Source: an uncultured Gammaproteobacteria bacterium (GTDB lineage: Bacteria > Patescibacteriota > Microgenomatia > UBA8517). Taken from it: a stretch of 64,000 bases of DNA. The stretch is taken from positions 602,201-666,200 of the forward strand of contig CAYRUS010000001.1 in assembly GCA_964427735.1 (NCBI GenBank). The letters are read 5' to 3'. The notes under the pieces are model-generated. The model was given only the letters and a program-made list of their open reading frames with translations. It did no database searches and had not been told where the DNA came from. This document shows, piece by piece, positions 56,945 through 64,000 of the stretch; the stretch's first letter is position 1, and each line of letters begins with the position of its first letter. Both the position numbers and the translations under genes were made by a program.

Positions 56945-57800
56945 TTAAATTAAAATTACTTGCTGGTGAGGATGGTTCAATAAATTGGAAAGTAGAAAGG
57001 ATTTGCTGGAAAGTTTCTTCAAAGCTGTCTTCTGTTCCATCAGTTTTTCCCAACACGATTACAGTATTACCCCTGGGTAATGGAACAAAGTAAAATTCAG
57101 TGTCTGATAATGGTTTGTAACCCGTTAGCTTGACTCCTTGCTGATTTGCTAGAGTAATAGGTGATTGTAGGGGATTTATTGGTACAGAATTACCGCCGGG
57201 ATCAAAATTCTCGAGGAGTGTTTGTTTACTTTCATCTATATAATTTTCAAAAGTTGAGACATCAGATTTAATAAAAATAGAAAAACCATCAAACGGTTTA
57301 TCTGTTCCTTCTAGGATAGTGTCTGGGTCTGCAAGAGTGATTGTGGGTTGGTCAACAGAATCAGGACCGGCGATTCTGCAACAATCAATTGATAGATGAC
57401 CTGGATACTTAAAAGCGAACCCATACTCAGTATTGGTATAAGTCTCCCAATCTGCCATTGGGTCTGGGGTTGCAGTTGGAAGCGGGGGTTGGGTCTCTTC
57501 AGGAAGTTTGGTTTCCTGCATTGTAAACATTTGCTTTTTAAGATTTTGGTTTTGCATAAAGAAAAATGCAGCAAGAGCTGATGCAAGAATCACTCCTATA
57601 CCAAGAACAATCAAAATCATACGACTAATGCCTTTTGTCGCAGATCCTGGGGGAGGAGTAGGCGGTGTATTGGTAAAACTATGTGTAGTTGTGGGTGGTA
57701 CAGGATTTTGTCCAAATGAATTTTCAGGCATAAATTCAGATTGATTCGTTACATTTTGAGAACTATTTTCAATAGGATTAATTGTATCTTCTGGGTTCAT
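56934..57800 (-). CDS. PsbP-like membrane-anchored surface protein
   Basis: Pro-rich N-terminus, TM, WETYTNTEYGFAFKYP and QILSTFQF. Confidence 0.8.
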   Translation of the reverse strand: MNPEDTINPIENSSQNVTNQSEFMPENSFGQNPVPPTTTHSFTNTPPTPPPGSATKGISRMILIVLGIGVILASALAAFFFMQNQNLKKQMFTMQETKLPEETQPPLPTATPDPMADWETYTNTEYGFAFKYPGHLSIDCCRIAGPDSVDQPTITLADPDTILEGTDKPFDGFSIFIKSDVSTFENYIDESKQTLLENFDPGGNSVPINPLQSPITLANQQGVKLTGYKPLSDTEFYFVPLPRGNTVIVLGKTDGTEDSFEETFQQILSTFQFIEPSSPASNFNLNGE

Positions 57801-58031
57801 AGCTCATTGTGACATATTTTAAAAGGGTTTAGCAAATCTTGAAAAACTAAATATTAATCTCACAGTAGATATTTATTGTTTACACTCTAAAAGAGATAGC
57901 TGGGCATATTTTACTGTGTTGCAGTCACTTTTTTAACTTTCCACGACAATCTTCTAACTTCTAAAATCCAATGGCCAACGTTTAACGTCCAGTGGCTTGT
58001 TTGCAAATCATAAATGGGTTAGAGTAAGTCT

Positions 58032-59018
58032 ATGCACAACATAGTAGTTTTCGGTTCTGCACGAATGGATGTATTTTTGATGTTGCCTCCAAATAAGCTA
58101 GAACAAAAATGCAGCTTGGATACGCAACGTTGTATGATAGAGCTTTCGTACTCCTCTAAACTTGGACTTGATGATGCTATTTTTAAAATGGGTGGGAATG
58201 GAGCAAACGTTGCAGTGGGAACCAAGCGTTTAGGTGGTGAGAGTACTTTGGTTGCCGAACTTGGAGAAGGACCATTAGCAGATTACGCAGCTAATATTCT
58301 TGAAAAAGAAATAATTATGGAGCATGTGTCTCGGACAGAGGGAGTAAGAGAAGGTTTTGGAGCAGTAATTGTTTACCAAGGAGAGAGAACTATCCTTTCA
58401 TACTATTCACCAAAAAGACCACCTTTTCCGCACCATTTACCTGCGTCTGAATGGGCATATTTAACTTCTGTGGGAGATAATTTTGAAGATTTTTACGAAG
58501 ATGTATTAGTTTGGCTCAATCGAACAGATGCAAGGCTAGTATTTAATCCGGGTGGAAGGCAAATTGCCAAAGGAGAGGAGTGGCTTTCCAAATACCTTGA
58601 GAGAACAGAGTGTCTTCTGGTTAACAGAGAAGAAGGAGAAAAAATAACAGGAATGGAAAGGACAATCGGAAAAGAAAAAGAACTAATGGATAGATTATCC
58701 TCTTTAGGAGCAAAAATTGTTGTAATAACAGATGGACCTGCTGGTTCATACGCAAAAGATGGAGATGCATATTACAAAATGGGTATTTATCCAGTTGATG
58801 CTATCGAAAGAACTGGGGCTGGAGATTCATTTAGCACAGGATTTATTGCAAGCTTGACACAAAATCATGATGTGCCACAAGCTATGTTGTGGGGTACACT
58901 TAATTCAGCATCAGTAATAGGCTACGTAGGACCTCAGGACGGACTTCTTACCACAGAAAAGATGCGGGAGTGGCTTGAAAGAGCTGGGAGTGTTGGACTT
59001 AAAGCAGAGGAATTTTAA
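58032..59018 (+). CDS. PfkB family carbohydrate kinase
   Basis: GGNGANVA.G..RLG, NPG, N.EE, TDG..G and ERTGAGDSF..G. Confidence 0.93.
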   Translation: MHNIVVFGSARMDVFLMLPPNKLEQKCSLDTQRCMIELSYSSKLGLDDAIFKMGGNGANVAVGTKRLGGESTLVAELGEGPLADYAANILEKEIIMEHVSRTEGVREGFGAVIVYQGERTILSYYSPKRPPFPHHLPASEWAYLTSVGDNFEDFYEDVLVWLNRTDARLVFNPGGRQIAKGEEWLSKYLERTECLLVNREEGEKITGMERTIGKEKELMDRLSSLGAKIVVITDGPAGSYAKDGDAYYKMGIYPVDAIERTGAGDSFSTGFIASLTQNHDVPQAMLWGTLNSASVIGYVGPQDGLLTTEKMREWLERAGSVGLKAEEF

Positions 59019-59021
59019 ATC

Positions 59022-60014
59022 ATGCCAGGTCTGGATTTGCTATCAATTGGAGATGTCACCATGGACGTTTTTATCGAGCCTGTGGAACACCAGGAATTGT
59101 GTAATATCGACACAAAAGAAGCATATATATGTTTTTCTTACGGAGATAAAATTCCAGTTAGAAATATTGATTACTCAGTTGGTGGGAATGCTGCAAATAA
59201 CGCTGTAGGAGCTGCTCGGTTAGGTGTACGCGTTGGATTAGTTACAACTCTTGGCGGTGATAGTACGGGAAATCAAATTGTAGAAAAACTTTCAGAAGAA
59301 GCAATTGATCTTTCATATGCTATACAACAGCCTACAGCAGGTTCAAACTATTCCACAATTATTAATTATAGTGGAGAAAGAACTATTTTTTCTTATCACG
59401 CACCACGAAGTTATGAGTTTCCTGTTCAGCTTCCCAAAGTTGAGTGGATTTATCTTACTTCTATGGGTGAAACTTTTCAGCCATTTTATAATCACTTTAC
59501 ACACTGGTTAAAACTTAACCCTCAAATTAAACTAGCCTATAATCCAGGTAGCCATCAAATACGAGCAAAAAGAGAATCTATTGACCCCATTCTTCAGTTA
59601 ACGCATGTTATTTATGTTAATCGAAATGAAGCTGAAATATTAACAGATATGGAAAACACTAAAGGAAAGGAAAAGGAACTTTTAAAATCTTTAAATAGAT
59701 TAGGACCCAAAACCTGCATTATTACAGATGGAAGTAGTGGCTCATTTGCCTTTGATGGTGAAAAATTTTATCATGCTGGAATATTGCCGGTTGATTCATA
59801 CGAAAGAACGGGTGCTGGTGATGCATTTGGTTCAGGTTGTATTTCAGCTCTAATAAAGGGTTTATCTTGGGAAGAAGCTTTGCAGTGGGGCACTGTTAAT
59901 TCAGCCTCAGTTATTGGATATGTAGGTGGACAAAAAGGACTTTTAAGAGAAGTTGATATACAAGTGTGGATTGAGAGAGCAAAAAGTGGTGGAGTTGAAG
60001 TCAAAGAAATTTAA
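59022..60014 (+). CDS. PfkB family carbohydrate kinase (tandem paralog)
   Basis: GGNAANNA.G..RLG, NPG, N..E and ERTGAGDAFG.G. Confidence 0.93.
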   Translation: MPGLDLLSIGDVTMDVFIEPVEHQELCNIDTKEAYICFSYGDKIPVRNIDYSVGGNAANNAVGAARLGVRVGLVTTLGGDSTGNQIVEKLSEEAIDLSYAIQQPTAGSNYSTIINYSGERTIFSYHAPRSYEFPVQLPKVEWIYLTSMGETFQPFYNHFTHWLKLNPQIKLAYNPGSHQIRAKRESIDPILQLTHVIYVNRNEAEILTDMENTKGKEKELLKSLNRLGPKTCIITDGSSGSFAFDGEKFYHAGILPVDSYERTGAGDAFGSGCISALIKGLSWEEALQWGTVNSASVIGYVGGQKGLLREVDIQVWIERAKSGGVEVKEI

Positions 60015-60035
60015 GTTGTGTTATTCTAAAGTAGT

Positions 60036-61028
60036 ATGGCAAAAATATTTGTAAGTAGGAAGATATCTGGTGAGGCATTCGACAAGCTTATGAACTCTGA
60101 GCATGAGGTTGTAGTTTTCAAGGAGGACAGATCTCTTACTCCAGAGGAATTAATTGAAAATGCTAAAGGTGTGGATGCAATGCTGACACTTTTAACTGAC
60201 AAAATTGATCTTGATGTAATGGATGCTATCGGACCACAGCTCAAGGTTGTGAGCAATTATGCAGTGGGTTTTAATAATATAAATATTGGTGATGCTACAA
60301 AAAGTGGTGTGGTAGTCACGAACACCCCTTCTGAAGAAGTAAATCAGTCAGTAGCAGAATTTGCTTGGACTTTGATGCTTTCTTTGGCAAAAAGAGTAGT
60401 CGAGGCGGATGAAACCACCAGACGTGGTGCTTATAAAGGATGGGAACCTCATATTTACATTGGAACAAATATGAAAGATAAGACTTTAGGAATAGTTGGT
60501 ATGGGCAGGATTGGTGAGATCACAGCAGAGCTTGCAAATGGGTTTGGTATGAAAGTTTTGTATAACAACAGAAATAGAAAAGAAGAACTTGAAAAACAAT
60601 TAGGAGTTGAATTTAGAGAAGGTTTAGACGATCTTTTGGCAGAGAGTGATTTTGTTTCTCTACATGTTCCTTTGACAGATGAAACAAGACATCTTATTAA
60701 TAAGGAAACTCTGAAAAAGATGAAGAGAGGAGCATATTTAGTTAATACTGCACGAGGACCAGTTGTTGATGAACACGATTTAGTAGAGGCTTTAAAAGGT
60801 GGACATTTAGCAGGAGCTGGTCTTGATGTATATGAATCAGAGCCTGATATAAATCCAGAACTTATAGCTATGGAGAACGTTATTTTAACACCTCATATTG
60901 CTAGTGCTACAAAAGAAGCTCGTGATAAAATGTGCGAGCAAGCAGTCAATGCAATTTTTGATGTGCTCTCAGGTAAAAAACCTGAAAATATAGTGAATGA
61001 GGAAGTCTGGGAACAGAGGTTTGTATAG
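60036..61028 (+). CDS. D-2-hydroxyacid dehydrogenase (glyoxylate reductase/D-glycerate dehydrogenase type)
   Basis: AVGFNN, TNTP, GMGRIG, LHVPL..ET, NTARG, LDVYE.EP and PHIASAT. Confidence 0.93.
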   Translation: MAKIFVSRKISGEAFDKLMNSEHEVVVFKEDRSLTPEELIENAKGVDAMLTLLTDKIDLDVMDAIGPQLKVVSNYAVGFNNINIGDATKSGVVVTNTPSEEVNQSVAEFAWTLMLSLAKRVVEADETTRRGAYKGWEPHIYIGTNMKDKTLGIVGMGRIGEITAELANGFGMKVLYNNRNRKEELEKQLGVEFREGLDDLLAESDFVSLHVPLTDETRHLINKETLKKMKRGAYLVNTARGPVVDEHDLVEALKGGHLAGAGLDVYESEPDINPELIAMENVILTPHIASATKEARDKMCEQAVNAIFDVLSGKKPENIVNEEVWEQRFV

Positions 61029-61053
61029 CTTGTTGAGAAAGTTTGTTTTTAAG

Positions 61054-61374
61054 CTATTTTACTGTCAATAAGTTTTTTATTTCATCCAAATGGGTTTGTA
61101 ACTTACTGCTTTTTGGATTTAATTCTGATTTTAATTTTGTAGTTATCTTCTTTAATTCTTTTTCCATTTCGTAAAGCTCTTTTTGAAATTCTGGTGTAGG
61201 TTCTCTTAACTCTGTAAAAGCTTCTCCTCTAATCATTCTAAAAAATTCATACATAATAATAAATTTTGGGTATTGCGATTCTAAATCACTTACAGACTCA
61301 AATTCACTTTTAATCAAGTCATATAATTGTCTGCTAAAGTTTTTATAATTTTCTGCTGAAAATTTAGTATTCAT
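61054..61374 (-). CDS. Hypothetical protein
   Basis: Open frame; TGTTACAAT 6 nt before the ATG. Confidence 0.65.
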   Translation of the reverse strand: MNTKFSAENYKNFSRQLYDLIKSEFESVSDLESQYPKFIIMYEFFRMIRGEAFTELREPTPEFQKELYEMEKELKKITTKLKSELNPKSSKLQTHLDEIKNLLTVK

Positions 61375-61462
61375 GCTTAAATTGTAACATGAAGTTAAAA
61401 GACTATAAATAAGGACATAGGTTTATTAAGTGTCTAATATTTAGATAGTGTAAAATGGAGAT

Positions 61463-62536
61463 ATGTTTAAATTCTTGAAACGAGGGAAAAAAGAGGAAGA
61501 AGATATCGCTAGTATTCTTGATCAAGATGATCTTGAAAAGAAAAAAACCACCAGAAAACCTCGAAAAAAGAAAGAAAACATAAAACCATGGACTAGAAAA
61601 GAAAGGTATTTAGTTTTATCTGTGCTTTTGTTTACAATTTTTATGTCAGGGGCATTAGCTGTTTCTGCAAGGGAATGGAAGCTGCCTGGACTACCTAGAA
61701 TTGAGTTACCATCCTTACAAGGAGAAAAAATAATTATCACTAAGGATCCAACTTATATTGATGAGGGGAAGGAAGAAATGCAGGAAAGAGCCACACAAAT
61801 ACTGTCAGGAGTTGATGAAATTACAAAAACCCTTTCTGGAGTATATGGGGTTTATATCATTGACCTGAATTCTGATTTCTCATTTGGAGTTCATGAAGAT
61901 GAAGTATTTAAAGCAGCATCCTTAATTAAATTACCGGTTATGGCAGGGATGTATATGCAAGCTGAGCAAGGTGAGTTTGATATGGATGATATTTATTCTT
62001 TAAGAGAAGAAGACAAAGTAGCTGGTGCAGGTAGTCTTTATGGACAACCTGCTGGAACAGGATTAACTTATCGTGAATTAGTAGAATACATGGGAAAGGA
62101 ATCAGATAATACAGCTTTTAGAGCTTCAGTAAATATCTTAGGGGAAGAAAGGGTATCAGGTATCATAAAAGAAATAGGAATGACTAATACTTCTGAGGAA
62201 ACAAACAACACAACACCACGAGATATTGGTATATTTTTTCAAAAGTTATGGAAAAAAAGGTTGGTAAATACAGAAAATACACAAGAAATAATGGATGCAT
62301 TAACAGACACGGTGTATGAAAATTGGCTAGCAGCAGGAATTACGGATGACGTAGTAGTTGCACATAAGTATGGTAGGGAACTACATACAGTTAATGATGC
62401 AGGAATTGTTTTTATTGATAATCCGTATGTTCTTGTTATAGTCACAAAAGGTGTGGTTGAATCAGAAGCAGATAAAACTCTACCAGAAATTTCCAAATTT
62501 ATTTTTGGGAAAATGAATGAAGACGACGGAAATTAA
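61463..62536 (+). CDS. Membrane-anchored serine hydrolase, class A beta-lactamase fold
   Basis: AASLIK (SxxK), SDN, TTPRD, HKYG and NDAGIV. Confidence 0.85.
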   Translation: MFKFLKRGKKEEEDIASILDQDDLEKKKTTRKPRKKKENIKPWTRKERYLVLSVLLFTIFMSGALAVSAREWKLPGLPRIELPSLQGEKIIITKDPTYIDEGKEEMQERATQILSGVDEITKTLSGVYGVYIIDLNSDFSFGVHEDEVFKAASLIKLPVMAGMYMQAEQGEFDMDDIYSLREEDKVAGAGSLYGQPAGTGLTYRELVEYMGKESDNTAFRASVNILGEERVSGIIKEIGMTNTSEETNNTTPRDIGIFFQKLWKKRLVNTENTQEIMDALTDTVYENWLAAGITDDVVVAHKYGRELHTVNDAGIVFIDNPYVLVIVTKGVVESEADKTLPEISKFIFGKMNEDDGN

Positions 62537-62544
62537 GATCTTTT

Positions 62545-64000
62545 TTAACCTCTTCTTTCAGCTCTTTCTTTATCAGCTTTTGCTTCTATTGTATCGAGTC
62601 TGCAAGCAAACTTAGGTGTAGTTTCTTCTAAAAACCATTCATTTTTTGCTGGACATCCCTCACATGGCAGTGTACCTGTGTATGGACAGGTTGCTATTGA
62701 AACTACTCCTTCAGGAACTGTCCATGCGATTGAAGGCTTGTCTTCAACAAGATTTGTCATGATTTTATTAAAAATAGTTGATGCTCCTGTAACTCCGGAT
62801 GCAACGCGACTCATTGGTGAATTATCATTATTCCCGACCCAAACTGCTACCACATAATCTTGTGTATAACCTACTGTTAGGTTGTCTCTTAAATTATTGC
62901 TTGTTCCAGTTTTAACTGCTACTTCTTCGTGTCCAGGTATAACAAGTTGTGAATGACTACCGAATGCAGGAGTTCTAGCTTCATTATCTTTCAAAATATC
63001 TGTTAGCAAAAATGAAACTCTTTCGTCTAAGACGCGATCACCTTTGCAAAAATAACTATTGCTCGTTGGTAGAGTATCAGCTTGAGCTGCGGAAACGCTT
63101 AGTATTGAATCTACAAATTTTAATTTGTCGTCCACATCTCTATAAATGCATCGGTTTTCTTCCAATATATCGTTCCGGTAATTTGTCACCTTTTTTATTG
63201 CATTTAATTGAGGCTTAACTCCATAATTTGCCACAGTTGCATATACTTGTGCCAATTCTACTAGTTTTACTTCACCGCCGCCTAAAGTTAATGATAAACC
63301 AAAACGACTCTTGTCATTCCAGGTTGATATACCCATCTTTGTTCCTAGTTCAATCATTTTATCTACTCCATATGAATTAAGTATTTTAACTGCTGGAATG
63401 TTTCGGGACTCTGCAAGAGCACTTCTTAAATTAATCTTTCCTTTGTAGGTGTCGTCATAATTTTTGGGTGTATAAGGTGGCTGACCAGGAATGGAATAGA
63501 CAACAGGAGTATCTTCAAGAATTGTAGCAGGGGTAAATCCATTGGATAGAGCATATGCATAATTTACTATTTTTATTGAGGACCCAGGTTGTCTTAAAGC
63601 AATTGCAGCGTTTACATTACCGTCATTTTGAGTATCAAAATAGTCAGTTGATCCTACCATAGCAAGAATTTCACCGGTCTTTGGATCCATCACAACAACA
63701 GCAGCATTGCTGACATTAAAGCGCTGGAGATTACTAATCTCATCTTTCACTACCTGTTCAGCCATTTTTTGAACCTCATAATCTAAAGTGGTAATAACTT
63801 CGAGTCCTCCGGTCTCTACAATTTCCCTGCCATATTTTTGCTCTAACAAGTCTCGTGCATACATTACAAAGTGAGGTGCACGAATTTCTATGTTATTTGG
63901 TGCAAAAACTATTTCTTCTTGTTCTGCTTTTTCTCTTTCTTCTTTAGTGATAAACCCGTTTACCTCCATTAATTTCAGAACTGTCTTTTGTCTTTTTAAT
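62545..64000 (-). CDS. Class A penicillin-binding protein, C-terminal (transpeptidase) part; 5' end outside the window
   Basis: APHFV, TTLD..Q, RQPGSSIK (SxxK), SRN and KTGT; frame is open to the window edge. Confidence 0.92.
   Translation of the reverse strand, partial: LKRQKTVLKLMEVNGFITKEEREKAEQEEIVFAPNNIEIRAPHFVMYARDLLEQKYGREIVETGGLEVITTLDYEVQKMAEQVVKDEISNLQRFNVSNAAVVVMDPKTGEILAMVGSTDYFDTQNDGNVNAAIALRQPGSSIKIVNYAYALSNGFTPATILEDTPVVYSIPGQPPYTPKNYDDTYKGKINLRSALAESRNIPAVKILNSYGVDKMIELGTKMGISTWNDKSRFGLSLTLGGGEVKLVELAQVYATVANYGVKPQLNAIKKVTNYRNDILEENRCIYRDVDDKLKFVDSILSVSAAQADTLPTSNSYFCKGDRVLDERVSFLLTDILKDNEARTPAFGSHSQLVIPGHEEVAVKTGTSNNLRDNLTVGYTQDYVVAVWVGNNDNSPMSRVASGVTGASTIFNKIMTNLVEDKPSIAWTVPEGVVSIATCPYTGTLPCEGCPAKNEWFLEETTPKFACRLDTIEAKADKERAERRG

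Noticed and set aside
57801-58031. Intergenic region as a tRNA or structured RNA
   Set aside because: Only short imperfect palindromes; no cloverleaf or T-loop motif
61463-62536. Antibiotic-resistance beta-lactamase
   Set aside because: Membrane-anchored, KYG instead of KTG, no clear omega-loop Glu166 motif; more likely a cell-wall serine hydrolase
368-63218. Numerous short overlapping ORFs in the track (e.g. 528, 852, 7854, 16038, 36664, 43556, 50886)
   Set aside because: They lie antisense to or out of frame within well-supported genes

Overview
AT-rich bacterial genome segment read with genetic code 11. It is most consistent with Patescibacteria/CPR of the Microgenomates (Woesebacteria-like) type. 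This is inferred from gene content: split transketolase, archaeal-type TPI, class I aldolase, dockerin-tailed and PsbP-like surface proteins, and mostly leaderless genes. Layout: (1) 1-1.8 kb, GC-richer remnant of phage virion/tail-fibre genes; (2) 2-7.4 kb, ion transport and stress genes; (3) 7.4-11.5 kb, a minimal tatA-tatC operon (tatA is missing from the ORF track) followed by a tiny Tat-signal-like peptide ending GYGSGPYGV and two signal-less phage-fibre-like proteins, back to back with a membrane-anchored stalk protein whose mature N-terminus carries a similar YGxGxYG motif; this is the best candidate for an undescribed system; (4) 11.5-18.8 kb, surface proteins, MFS, a DEAD-box helicase with a structured leader, and an ABC exporter; (5) 18.8-25.5 kb, array of small VOC/DUF1801/DHFR-like genes; (6) 26-34 kb, radC-mutS-mutL-endoQ plus a divergent PD-(D/E)XK-like ORF; (7) 34-42 kb, envelope, signalling and redox genes; (8) 42.7-61 kb, glycolysis/non-oxidative pentose phosphate cluster with an Rpe-LOG fusion, a shortened PGK and tandem PfkB kinases; (9) a beta-lactamase-fold protein and a partial class A PBP. 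No rRNA, tRNA, CRISPR array or transposase was recognised. All family assignments come from motif recognition by eye, not database searches.
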